A DNA stretch of 64,000 nt from a phage, in NCBI GenBank assembly GCA_024683775.1, contig GCA_024683775.1_4106.1, one strand, 5' to 3'. This document shows, one piece after another, positions 20,346-34,213 of this stretch. The notes beneath the pieces were generated by a model. The model was given only the letters and a program-made list of their open reading frames with translations, was not told where the DNA came from and searched no databases. Made by a program: the position numbers and the translations under genes. Position 1 is the stretch's first letter, and the number at the start of each line of letters is the position of its first letter.

Positions 20346-20512
20346 CACACAAAGAATGGTTAGATGAACTAAAATTTAAACATAATCCTTTTGGTTTTGG
20401 TATACGCCAAGGTCATTATGATGTGTTAAAAGATAAACAACTTTTCAAATCATTTGTACTTGATGAGGATAGTAATCACTGGTACATCTATGAGCTTGCA
20501 ATTAGGAAATAG
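20342..20512 (+). CDS. MTHxEW mini-protein (56 aa), related to the tandem trio at 21846-22332
   Basis: my translation MTHKEWLDELKFKHNPFGFG...; ATGA-coupled. Confidence 0.4.
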   Translation: MTHKEWLDELKFKHNPFGFGIRQGHYDVLKDKQLFKSFVLDEDSNHWYIYELAIRK

Positions 20513-20522
20513 AAGATATAGT

Positions 20523-20871
<349 letters not shown>

Positions 20872-20884
20872 CGAGGAATCCAAA

Positions 20885-21082
20885 GTGACTAAAGCAGAAC
20901 TTGTAGCATTATTGGAATCATATCCCGATGATGCATGTATTGAAGTTGTTCATAGTGCGAGACATTTTGACATTGAAGATGTAGTACGTTATAATGACAA
21001 AGGTGTGCTCATCATGGAACTATGTATTGGTGAAATGAAAACTATACCCGAATCAGAAAAACGTAAAAATAGTAAACCGTAA
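20885..21082 (+). CDS. hypothetical protein (GTG start)
   Basis: 65 aa; SD acgagga. Confidence 0.5.
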   Translation: MTKAELVALLESYPDDACIEVVHSARHFDIEDVVRYNDKGVLIMELCIGEMKTIPESEKRKNSKP

Positions 21083-21092
21083 GGAAAATAAA

Positions 21093-21311
21093 ATGGAATC
21101 TACTCTATTAGAAGTTATTAACTCATTAAACGCTGGCGACAATGTACAAGTACTCCTTCAGGGATACCGTGTAAAAGGTTCAGTAGTTTTAGTTAATGAC
21201 ACCACTGTTGTTGTAACTGAAACTAACCCGTTTGACAGTAATGAGCTTGCTAATATCCATATTGATATTAAAAGTATTATTGGTGTTGGTGTAACTAAAC
21301 CACAAGAATAA
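21093..21311 (+). CDS. hypothetical protein
   Basis: 72 aa ORF. Confidence 0.5.
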   Translation: MESTLLEVINSLNAGDNVQVLLQGYRVKGSVVLVNDTTVVVTETNPFDSNELANIHIDIKSIIGVGVTKPQE

Positions 21312-21332
21312 CAATTGTTATTGGGGATTACT

Positions 21333-21605
21333 ATGCATTTTGAAAAATTCAATACAAATCGTAACACACGCATTGACGTTCTTTATGAAACACAAGACTC
21401 AATAAGCATTCGTACACGTAGTGGTGATGTATATCATGACTGTACTATTGGTTGGGAACAGGGAAGAACACGTAGTGCAGAATTCGATAACTATCGCTTC
21501 TACCAAGGGGACACCACAATCTGGCCTGAACACGTAGAAGATATTGCGATTGAAGATGAACATAAAGATGAATTTATAAAATTTAATCCCGAAACCGAAT
21601 CATAA
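21333..21605 (+). CDS. hypothetical protein
   Basis: ORF frame 21315-21605. Confidence 0.5.
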   Translation: MHFEKFNTNRNTRIDVLYETQDSISIRTRSGDVYHDCTIGWEQGRTRSAEFDNYRFYQGDTTIWPEHVEDIAIEDEHKDEFIKFNPETES

Positions 21606-21622
21606 ATATTGGAACAGACTAT

Positions 21623-21737
<115 letters not shown>

Positions 21738-21741
21738 AAAA

Positions 21742-21828
<87 letters not shown>

Positions 21829-21845
21829 CAATTAAAGGTTAAACC

Positions 21846-22006
<161 letters not shown>

Positions 22007-22010
<4 letters not shown>

Positions 22011-22167
22011 CACATGAAGAATGGATGAATGACATTAATTTTAGATATTCGGGTATCGGTAAATGGCTAAAGTATCATTGGGAATTCATTTCAGAGCCAC
22101 ATCTGTATGATAAACTTATCAACGATCCAGCATATGAAATGTACTTAATTGAACTACTGGTACGAAT

Positions 22168-22171
<4 letters not shown>
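22007..22171 (+). CDS. MTHEEWM mini-protein, copy 2 (54 aa)
   Basis: ATGA-coupled; MTHEEWMNDINFRYSGIGKWLKYHWEFISEPHLYDKLINDPAYEMYLIELLVRI. Confidence 0.45.
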
Positions 22172-22763
<592 letters not shown>

Positions 22764-22767
<4 letters not shown>

Positions 22768-22792
22768 CTAAATAGTTCAGTACTGATATAAT
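22764..22792 (+). promoter_or_regulatory. class-B promoter TTGACT-aaatagttcagtactga-TATAAT
   Basis: TTGACT 22764-22769, TATAAT 22787-22792. Confidence 0.55.
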
Positions 22793-22867
22793 GAATTCCA
22801 CAATCAGACGTATATGGTGTAAGTTACGTCGATGTAATCCAGAACAAGATCTCTGGTACTCTAGGAA

Positions 22868-23077
22868 GTGGTGAATGTTAACCTAGACGGGTTTGATAAT
22901 TGGACGATAGGCAATTATTACTTGACTAGCAGGTTTAAACTAGAGGTGACAGTCCTTTACCAAACTGGAAAACCGGATGGACTTTTATTTAAAAGGGTAA
23001 GGCGTGGAAATATGTTTACAGTAGTTGCTTTTAGTAGCCTGTACGCCCCACGTAAAGGTAGCCGAAAGGCAAGTTAA
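22868..23077 (+). CDS. uncertain: 69-aa ORF or part of a structured non-coding transcript
   Basis: lies between a class-B promoter and a T-run at about 23125-23133; locally more GC-rich; weak SD. Confidence 0.3.
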   Translation: MVNVNLDGFDNWTIGNYYLTSRFKLEVTVLYQTGKPDGLLFKRVRRGNMFTVVAFSSLYAPRKGSRKAS

Positions 23078-23155
23078 AACGGGTGGTTATAAAGCTGAAT
23101 TAACAGCGGCGTTTAAAAGCGTCACCATCCATTTTTTTTAATTAAAGTTGGTGAT

Positions 23156-23533
<378 letters not shown>

Positions 23534-23544
23534 GATTAAGTACT

Positions 23545-24109
<565 letters not shown>

Positions 24110-24127
24110 ATCAGTACTTTATTATGA

Positions 24128-24258
<131 letters not shown>

Positions 24259-24261
24259 AAT

Positions 24262-24351
24262 CGGTCCCGTTGCCTAGCGTCCGAAGGCAGCCGACTCATA
24301 ATCGGTCACAGTTAATGACACACCACTGGTTAGAATCCAGTCGGGACCACC
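24262..24351 (+). tRNA. tRNA, anticodon CAT (Met or lysidine-Ile), unusually long variable region
   Basis: acceptor ggtcccg/cgggacc, anticodon arm gccga-ctCATaa-tcggt, T-arm actgg-TTAGAAT-ccagt, CCA. Confidence 0.5.
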
Positions 24352-24354
24352 AAT

Positions 24355-24428
24355 TAGACTCTGTAGTTCAGTTGGTAGAACGCTTCACTCATAATGAAGA
24401 AGTCGCTGGTTCAATCCCAGTACTGACC
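24355..24428 (+). tRNA. tRNA-like, anticodon CAT; acceptor stem does not pair (possible pseudo-tRNA)
   Basis: canonical D-arm ta-gttc-agttggta-gaac, anticodon arm cttca-ctCATaa-tgaag, T-arm gctgg-TTCAATC-ccagt; 5' gactctg versus 3' actgacc are non-complementary. Confidence 0.35.
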
Positions 24429-24438
24429 ACAAAAAAAA

Positions 24439-26136
<1,698 letters not shown>

Positions 26137-26254
26137 AATATTCTCCTGAATTTTCTAAAAGTTATAATAATATTTAGTTACAATATTTATGATATAGATT
26201 AAAAAGTTGAAATGTGTTCAAAAAATGTGGTATAATACCTCTGTTGTTCACGGA

Positions 26255-26484
<230 letters not shown>

Positions 26485-26493
26485 TCAAAATTC

Positions 26494-26575
<82 letters not shown>

Positions 26576-26584
26576 TAAAACAAA

Positions 26585-26668
26585 TGGTAGTTAGCATATC
26601 GGCCTTATGCAACGGACTGTTAATCCGTGTCAGAAATGACAAGACTGGTTCGACTCCAGTACTACCAG
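26585..26668 (+). tRNA. tRNA-Asn (anticodon GTT), extended variable region
   Basis: acceptor tggtagt/actacca, D-arm gcat...atgc, anticodon arm acgga-ctGTTaa-tccgt, T-arm actgg-TTCGACT-ccagt. Confidence 0.55.
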
Positions 26669-26733
26669 CAAAACAATCATGAACCTCGGAACAATAAATA
26701 ATATCATACAGGATATTATGAGGTCTAAGGTTC

Positions 26734-27276
26734 ATGGGACGAAAACAATCAGAAGAAACACGTAAAAAAATAGCTGAATCATTAAAGGCTAAAAGTTCTA
26801 AATTACCAGAGAATGAAATAATTCAAAAATATTTAAATGGTATGCCAATTTACGGTTTAGCCAAAGAATATAAGTGTAATAGATCAAGAATAAATGATAT
26901 CGTTGAATCACATGGTGTTAAACGACCAAAATCAACCAATGAAATGCGATTTTGTGAAATACACAATAAGAATTATGAATTAAATTCACAAGGTAAATGG
27001 AAATGTTTAAAATGTGACAGTCAACGTGTTTCTGATAGACGTAGAAAATTAAAAATACTAGCCGTTGAATACAAAGGCGGTTGTTGTGAAAAGTGTGGAT
27101 ATGATAAATGCATTGCCGCATTAGAATTCCATCATGTTGATCCTTCACAGAAAGATTATTCAATTAGTCAAGAAGGTGCAACTCGTTCTTTTGAAAAAAT
27201 TAAAATAGAACTGGATAAATGTATTATGGTTTGTGCAAATTGTCATCGTGAGATTCATGATGATGAACGACAATAA
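26734..27276 (+). CDS. HNH homing endonuclease with NUMOD3-like N-terminus
   Basis: 180 aa; KQSEETRKKIAESL; CEKCGY...HHVDP...CANCHREIH zinc-finger HNH. Confidence 0.8.
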   Translation: MGRKQSEETRKKIAESLKAKSSKLPENEIIQKYLNGMPIYGLAKEYKCNRSRINDIVESHGVKRPKSTNEMRFCEIHNKNYELNSQGKWKCLKCDSQRVSDRRRKLKILAVEYKGGCCEKCGYDKCIAALEFHHVDPSQKDYSISQEGATRSFEKIKIELDKCIMVCANCHREIHDDERQ

Positions 27277-27279
27277 TTT

Positions 27280-27549
<270 letters not shown>

Positions 27550-27557
27550 GAATTTAA

Positions 27558-27959
27558 ATGAAAAAGAATGACTTGATCAAAATGCTTCAAGAGATTGACG
27601 GCAATCCAGAGATTGTTATTTGGAATGGATATGTCGATGATTATATGAACATCGAAAAAGGCTTGACTAAAATCACTCTAGTCAAAGAAACTGAACAGTT
27701 CCTTCTGGAAGCATTAGTGCACGAATGGTGCAAACGTAACAATACATTCGACATTCCAGAAGATCAACGAACTAAGATTGCAGAACAAGCTAAAAAACTT
27801 CATAAGAAACGTGAATACGATTTCCAGAACCCACATGTTACTGAAGACGAATTCAATCACTGGTACGGTAAAAAGAAATTGACAAAATATGTCATTTCAC
27901 CTAAACTACGTGGTAAGACTTCACTTGGTGTCTTCAACGCCGCTGACTTAAACTACTAG
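27558..27959 (+). CDS. hypothetical protein
   Basis: 133 aa ORF. Confidence 0.55.
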   Translation: MKKNDLIKMLQEIDGNPEIVIWNGYVDDYMNIEKGLTKITLVKETEQFLLEALVHEWCKRNNTFDIPEDQRTKIAEQAKKLHKKREYDFQNPHVTEDEFNHWYGKKKLTKYVISPKLRGKTSLGVFNAADLNY

Positions 27960-27968
27960 CGGGTATTA

Positions 27969-28236
<268 letters not shown>

Positions 28237-28281
28237 GATTCCCGATTCAGTAGCTTATAAAGCAGTTCCGTGTGTGCCTAT

Positions 28282-28334
<53 letters not shown>

Positions 28335-28335
28335 T

Positions 28336-28373
<38 letters not shown>

Positions 28374-28392
28374 AGAGGTACTTCGAGTATGC

Positions 28393-28501
<109 letters not shown>

Positions 28502-28520
28502 AAATCTTAGTAAGAAAATA

Positions 28521-28602
<82 letters not shown>

Positions 28603-28681
28603 GAAGAAACTGCTAAACAGCTTGAAGTACTTTGTAGTGCTGCACCTATGCCGACACTTGGCTTAATCAAGTTGATGCGTA

Positions 28682-28723
<42 letters not shown>

Positions 28724-28774
28724 GCCTCCCCTCAATGCGAAAGAGTATAGAGACTTGTTGGTTATCTTACTTCT

Positions 28775-28852
<78 letters not shown>

Positions 28853-28870
28853 ACAAAATAAAGGTACACT

Positions 28871-29296
28871 ATGACATACAACATTGTTAAAATGGTGAAC
28901 TACGTATTAAAAAACAACGCATGGTCACTACATGATGTACAATTAAAAGATATTGGTGAAGTTAGAGTTTTTTGCTATGATGACGATTTGAACGAAACCA
29001 CTGATTTGAGTAAATGTTTTAATATTTTTCTTGGTTATGAAATCAATGATCATTTTTATTCATTTGATGTGTATTTTGAACGAGTTAAAATCAGAATTTA
29101 TTCAGTAGATAATGATTTTTATGATTATGATAACGAATCAATTGAATTGAATTTTAACGATATTGATACTGAAGAAAAATTCTTCCAGTACTGTCTCGTA
29201 AACGATCTAAATGGATTGACATTTGAGGACATTAGTGCTATCCTTAAAGTTAAAAGATTGATTCCAGAAGAGGTTCCAAATCCGTTTAATGACTAG
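28871..29296 (+). CDS. FQxS-signature family protein (FQYC variant)
   Basis: 141 aa; motif EEKFFQYCLVND. Confidence 0.6.
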   Translation: MTYNIVKMVNYVLKNNAWSLHDVQLKDIGEVRVFCYDDDLNETTDLSKCFNIFLGYEINDHFYSFDVYFERVKIRIYSVDNDFYDYDNESIELNFNDIDTEEKFFQYCLVNDLNGLTFEDISAILKVKRLIPEEVPNPFND

Positions 29297-29648
29297 TTTA
29301 ATAACTCGTATAATGCAAGATGTTCGTAAGAATCTTTATACTGGTAATTTTGATGATCCTAACATAAAAATATTATGTTATGATGTATTCACACTGGTAC
29401 ACCCATCTGAATCTAATAATATATACATAGCATATACTTCTCCTGATATTTTGTATCAATTTGATTTATATAGTACAATGGCTAAGATAACATTAGATGT
29501 TTCTAAGGAGCCATTTTTTATAGCAGTACATGATTTTGAGTACACAGAAGAGTCATTATTCCAGTACTCAATGATAAATGACATTGGTGACTTGACATTA
29601 GAAGAGATAAATGTTATAGTTGGTATGTGTCGTTTGATTAATCCATAA
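29289..29648 (+). CDS. FQxS-signature family protein
   Basis: 119 aa; motif EESLFQYSMIND. Confidence 0.6.
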   Translation: MTSLITRIMQDVRKNLYTGNFDDPNIKILCYDVFTLVHPSESNNIYIAYTSPDILYQFDLYSTMAKITLDVSKEPFFIAVHDFEYTEESLFQYSMINDIGDLTLEEINVIVGMCRLINP

Positions 29649-29661
29649 CTCGGAGCTTAAT

Positions 29662-29853
29662 ATGTTTTTGAATTTGTTATGCTTATTTGGTCGTACATTG
29701 GTTCTTGCTATTATTCATACACCTGGTATTCGTAATTATGTTTCTTATGAATTTAAGAAAAATTACCACAACAACACTGAAGTTCGTGTAACTAAGATGT
29801 GCAAAGACTTCAATGGAGATGTTCAACCATTCAAGAAGTACGAGGATGAATAA
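29662..29853 (+). CDS. hypothetical protein
   Basis: 63 aa ORF. Confidence 0.45.
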   Translation: MFLNLLCLFGRTLVLAIIHTPGIRNYVSYEFKKNYHNNTEVRVTKMCKDFNGDVQPFKKYEDE

Positions 29854-30137
29854 TGGAATTTATTGTTGCACCTGATGAACTAAAAACATTCACGTTCCGA
29901 GACAATAACAATTATCCTTATATAAATCATTCATTGAATTCATTGCATGTTATTTCAATCATTGCATCTGAATACAGAGACAATCCATGTATTGATTTTA
30001 AAACCACTGATGGTGAATATACATGGGTAGTTCCGAACGATAAATACAGTTATCAGGGTGCAGTGGAGATCCGCGACTCGATTCTAAAGCAAATCGAAGA
30101 TGGACATACTCATCCTAAACTAAACATTCAGTACTGA
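29853..30137 (+). CDS. hypothetical protein
   Basis: 94 aa ORF. Confidence 0.5.
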   Translation: MEFIVAPDELKTFTFRDNNNYPYINHSLNSLHVISIIASEYRDNPCIDFKTTDGEYTWVVPNDKYSYQGAVEIRDSILKQIEDGHTHPKLNIQY

Positions 30138-30150
30138 AATCGTTTAACCG

Positions 30151-30198
30151 GATAGCTTCTAGTCGGTACTGAATTCCTCCTTTTGTCTAGAAGCTATC
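30151..30198 (+). repeat. perfect 12-bp inverted repeat gatagcttctag / ctagaagctatc with a 24-nt loop
   Basis: read directly; intergenic, next to an ATTCAGTACTGAA palindrome at 30126-30138. Confidence 0.6.
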
Positions 30199-30342
30199 AC
30201 TCTTTTAAAGTATAATGATATCACCCTCATGGTTCATTATATTCGTTACCCTCTAACAGTATCTTTTTTATTCCTCTTTGATACTGTATTTTAGAAGTTG
30301 ACATTTTTACTTCTACTGTGTTATACTTAAGGCTGATTCATA

Positions 30343-30795
30343 ATGAATCGGCCTTTTTTTCTTGTGGGGATTAATGTAATGAATAAAGAAGTTATTAGTT
30401 TAATGGATGAGTATATCAACCAAACATATCGTTTTATATTTTTTAATGCATTTGAGTCCAGAACAACGTATTATTCTGGTGAATATGAGATAATAACTGG
30501 ATCATTTCTTAACGGATACATGGAGTTTTTAGAACAAAGCGATAATGTGTTCATTTCCATATCTGAAAAACATGGTAATGATTATGTTATTGATATGTGG
30601 CCTAATAAAGTAGAGATTGATACCACGCACAAAATCGTAATTGATGTGGATGAATCGTTGTATGATTTAACTGAAGATATGTACATGCAACTAAATTTCG
30701 TATACGATCTAACTAACATAAGTTATTCTAATCTAAGTAAATTATTTTATATTTGTGGTGTACTACATAAAAACGTACAACAAAATAAAGGATAA
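30343..30795 (+). CDS. FQxS-signature family protein (YMQL variant)
   Basis: 150 aa; motif EDMYMQLNFVYD. Confidence 0.5.
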   Translation: MNRPFFLVGINVMNKEVISLMDEYINQTYRFIFFNAFESRTTYYSGEYEIITGSFLNGYMEFLEQSDNVFISISEKHGNDYVIDMWPNKVEIDTTHKIVIDVDESLYDLTEDMYMQLNFVYDLTNISYSNLSKLFYICGVLHKNVQQNKG

Positions 30796-30803
30796 ACATT
30801 TAA

Positions 30804-31208
30804 ATGTTGAAAATTCCACCACATACACTATCTATGCTAATTGAAAATGGTGTAATATTTTCTGAAGGGTGTAGTTCATTCTATACATGTGACGTAGACC
30901 CGTATACATTTGAATACCGTTCATTTAAAAATACATTGAGTGTTCCATGTGAAGCTTCTGACAACATTGTACTTGTCGTTTCGTTCTATGGTGTGCCAAA
31001 ATTCTTCATTGATATATATTATGATTCTTTTAAGATACAAACATACGATCATTTTCTTGGTGAAGTGCTCTTGCAAATGCAGATTGAACATGTTACTATA
31101 GATGAAGATATGTTCTTTCAGCTATCTACATTATACGATATGTGTGGATTGTCAGTTGACAACATAAATGGTATATTTGAAATTGCCAGAAACCTACGAG
31201 GAAGATGA
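30804..31208 (+). CDS. FQxS-signature family protein
   Basis: 134 aa; motif DEDMFFQLSTLYD. Confidence 0.6.
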   Translation: MLKIPPHTLSMLIENGVIFSEGCSSFYTCDVDPYTFEYRSFKNTLSVPCEASDNIVLVVSFYGVPKFFIDIYYDSFKIQTYDHFLGEVLLQMQIEHVTIDEDMFFQLSTLYDMCGLSVDNINGIFEIARNLRGR

Positions 31209-31209
31209 T

Positions 31210-31617
31210 ATGAATAAAATTTTAAGTGATAATGAGGTTGATATTGTCATTGATGTGCTTGAAAACAGTAATACATTTGAGAAGAAACACAGTACTGTAT
31301 ACTTCGGTAAAGATTGCTGGTTGAGCTATATATCTGATAATTCGTTTGTAATTCGTGTTGAAACGGGTGATATTGGATTTACGGTACATGCGGCACATAC
31401 CAAAACTGATAAACAAATCACTGTTATTGCTGACACGCCAAGTATCTGGGATAGAATTGATGATTGTGAACACTACACGTCAACATTCTATGATACAGAA
31501 GAAGAACATTTCATGGATAGTACGGTCAAAGAATTAACTATTCCATTTAAACTTATGAAAGCAGCAAGAGATTTTATTTTAAAATACAAAAAAATAGGAG
31601 TTGATGATGCAATTTAA
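31210..31617 (+). CDS. FQxS-signature family protein (FMDS variant)
   Basis: ORF frame 31168-31617; SD gaggaag before the ATG at 31210; motif EEEHFMDSTVKE. Confidence 0.55.
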   Translation: MNKILSDNEVDIVIDVLENSNTFEKKHSTVYFGKDCWLSYISDNSFVIRVETGDIGFTVHAAHTKTDKQITVIADTPSIWDRIDDCEHYTSTFYDTEEEHFMDSTVKELTIPFKLMKAARDFILKYKKIGVDDAI

Positions 31618-32053
31618 TGGTAAGGTTTCTAAAGTAGGTTTAGTTTTTGAAAATTGTGAGTTCATTGAGATTGATGTAAAGAATGTTTTATGGATGCATA
31701 TTGCTGACGAGAAAACTCTTTGTAGTCGTTTTTCCAACGGTCTAACTATTAGTACTGGTATTGGTGAGTTTGGTATCGCATTACGTAGTGACACACCATC
31801 TGATTTCATGGATAACTCAACACTGCTAGAACGTTTAAAAATGCGTGATGTTACACACGTTTATCTTTATGATACTAATGGTGTTGAACAGCGTTATGTA
31901 GTTGAATGGGCTAATTATAACCTTAGTGATCAATATTCAGTAAATCAGCGTGTTCAACTCACCCCTGGTGGTAATATTGTGTTTGTTAGTTCAACTGGTA
32001 AATTAATCAGTGTAGATGATGAAAGTATCGATCTATTCACTTCATATAACTAA
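31604..32053 (+). CDS. hypothetical protein
   Basis: SD aggag; ORF frame 31601-32053. Confidence 0.55.
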   Translation: MMQFNGKVSKVGLVFENCEFIEIDVKNVLWMHIADEKTLCSRFSNGLTISTGIGEFGIALRSDTPSDFMDNSTLLERLKMRDVTHVYLYDTNGVEQRYVVEWANYNLSDQYSVNQRVQLTPGGNIVFVSSTGKLISVDDESIDLFTSYN

Positions 32054-32064
32054 TACGAGCTTCT

Positions 32065-32484
32065 ATGAAAACAATCAAAACACATTTCAAAGACACGTGG
32101 ACAGAAGTAAGTACTGGTAATATTCAAGATATTTTATACAGTACTGAAACTATTCATGTCTATGACGAAGAGACAGCAGCGGAGCAGTTAAAGGTATTGC
32201 ATCGTAGTGTAGGTGAACACACCGAGTACGGTGTTAAACATACTCGTGAATTGGTAAGTACTGATCATATTGACACCTGTACTGTAAATCTATCAAAAGA
32301 AGAAATGTTTGATTTTATTCTAAACAATACTTTAGCAATTCAACCAGATGGATCACTATACAGTAAAACAGATGGTACACAAGTTCATAAAAAGTACAAT
32401 GTGACCATCAATGATACGGTGATGTCTGGATATGATTTAGTTGATGCAATCAACGAGTACGTTTCTATGCAGAGGTTGAAATGA
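32065..32484 (+). CDS. hypothetical protein
   Basis: 139 aa ORF. Confidence 0.55.
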   Translation: MKTIKTHFKDTWTEVSTGNIQDILYSTETIHVYDEETAAEQLKVLHRSVGEHTEYGVKHTRELVSTDHIDTCTVNLSKEEMFDFILNNTLAIQPDGSLYSKTDGTQVHKKYNVTINDTVMSGYDLVDAINEYVSMQRLK

Positions 32485-32846
32485 TTAATCTGATATATTT
32501 TACAATTATTTGTTGCATTACTATTGTACTTTGTCGTCTAATTCATGTATACTCATATCATAAAGCGTTGAGAATCGAACAAGAGATTTACAACGAAAAC
32601 CGTGAGCCAGAGCCAGAGAAGCTACCCCGCTCACCATATGCATTGAAGCGTGAGATGCATTCGGTGAGTAAGAAGTGGGGTTATGCAATAACCAAGCATG
32701 GTTATATCGACACTGCTGCAAATGGCTATTTTCAAATTCACTATGATCTTTCAGTTGCGATTGGAATTTTATGGGAAATGGAGGATATAGGTGGTTATGA
32801 GCGTACTAAATTTCCAAACTTACAAAATGATCCAGGAACTTCATGA
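32481..32846 (+). CDS. hypothetical protein with N-terminal TM
   Basis: 121 aa ORF. Confidence 0.5.
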   Translation: MINLIYFTIICCITIVLCRLIHVYSYHKALRIEQEIYNENREPEPEKLPRSPYALKREMHSVSKKWGYAITKHGYIDTAANGYFQIHYDLSVAIGILWEMEDIGGYERTKFPNLQNDPGTS

Positions 32847-33000
32847 AGAACATGATATAATTATAGATGTAGAAAAGAAGGAAGTTGTTATGAAGAAGCA
32901 AGCATATCGCATCTTAGACAACTTCTATCTTAAGGCATTTATAATGAAGTTCTGTGCAGACGAGCACTTAACAGGACGTGTTATACGCAAGGAGTCGTAG
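32827..33000 (+). CDS. hypothetical small protein
   Basis: ORF frame 32791-33000; internal ATG chosen. Confidence 0.35.
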   Translation: MIQELHEEHDIIIDVEKKEVVMKKQAYRILDNFYLKAFIMKFCADEHLTGRVIRKES

Positions 33001-33342
33001 ATGGACATGAGTTCAACAATTCAGTACTTGAGCGAGAATTTTGTCAAAATCATTTCACGTGGTGGTATGATTGTGCATCCTGAAACTGAAGATATGTATA
33101 TCATTCGTTTTGATGCAAATTCTTATGATCAAGTACTTGTTGTTTCGAAATTAGTAGGTTATAATGAAGTCGTTCAGTTCTGCTGTACTGAGTTCGGTAT
33201 CTATATTAAAGATGCAGAAACCAATGAGATTTCACATTATTTTTATCACACACTGATGGGTACTAAAGATTTTGGATTGAAATTCAATGATTTAGTACAA
33301 TGTCACTATATGTTTAAAACATACCCAGCATCTGGGAAATAA
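33001..33342 (+). CDS. hypothetical protein
   Basis: 113 aa ORF. Confidence 0.55.
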   Translation: MDMSSTIQYLSENFVKIISRGGMIVHPETEDMYIIRFDANSYDQVLVVSKLVGYNEVVQFCCTEFGIYIKDAETNEISHYFYHTLMGTKDFGLKFNDLVQCHYMFKTYPASGK

Positions 33343-33353
33343 GGAGTAACAAT

Positions 33354-34169
33354 ATGAGCAACATTTTCTTCAAAACCATTTCCTTCAAAAAAGAATCTTA
33401 CTCTTACGCTTATGTAGATGGTAAAGTACTCAATATCGTTCTAGATGGTGTTGATGTACCTGTTCAATTTACCAGTCATCAAGAAGCGATTGAGGGTGCT
33501 CAAGAGCTTAACAGCTTACTAAATGGTATTGAGAAGAAACCTGAAGTTAAATCTGACCTTGATTTATTGGTTGACAAAATTAAAAGTGGTGAACTATTAT
33601 CAATTCTAGACCAGTGTAATGAAAAATTACGTGGTGTTGTTGGTGATGTACGTACTACAGTTCAAGATCGTCTACTTGAGCAAGCATTCAAAGAAGTTAC
33701 TAAGAAAACTGAAGAACGTGTTGAAGGTATGATTAAAAACATTGATGACGTTCTCACTCATATGTTCACCAAGCCATACGAATCAAGTACTGATTCTGAA
33801 GAGAAACAAGAAGAACCAGTAGAACGCACCAAGCCATCTATTGTTACTAAAGTTAAACATAGTTTTGGTTCACTGGATGATGTATTTGGATTTACAAATG
33901 TACGTGTTAGTACTGATGAAAAGCCAGAAGTTGATGAAATGCTAATTGGTGACATGACAACTGGACAACTCAAAAAAGAGATTGATACCTTTGTTAATGA
34001 ACTAATTAGTTCTGAACGTGCTGAAAATATGTTTAGCAGTATTTCAGCAAACTTCGGCAAAGAAGCAACTGAGCAAGCAGTACAGGCATTCAAAGATTTG
34101 ATTTACACTGTTGCAATTGCTAATCCAGAACAAACACTGGAAGAAGTTCTACGTAAAAACTTCAAATAA
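33354..34169 (+). CDS. hypothetical acidic protein
   Basis: 271 aa; SD aaggag. Confidence 0.6.
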   Translation: MSNIFFKTISFKKESYSYAYVDGKVLNIVLDGVDVPVQFTSHQEAIEGAQELNSLLNGIEKKPEVKSDLDLLVDKIKSGELLSILDQCNEKLRGVVGDVRTTVQDRLLEQAFKEVTKKTEERVEGMIKNIDDVLTHMFTKPYESSTDSEEKQEEPVERTKPSIVTKVKHSFGSLDDVFGFTNVRVSTDEKPEVDEMLIGDMTTGQLKKEIDTFVNELISSERAENMFSSISANFGKEATEQAVQAFKDLIYTVAIANPEQTLEEVLRKNFK

Positions 34170-34184
34170 GATATAGATAAAAGA

Positions 34185-34212
34185 AAAGCCACTACAATGT
34201 AGTGGCTTTTTT
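34185..34212. terminator. bidirectional rho-independent terminator between convergent genes
   Basis: agccactaca-atg-tagtggct hairpin with an A-run upstream and a T-run downstream. Confidence 0.6.
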
Positions 34213-34213
34213 G

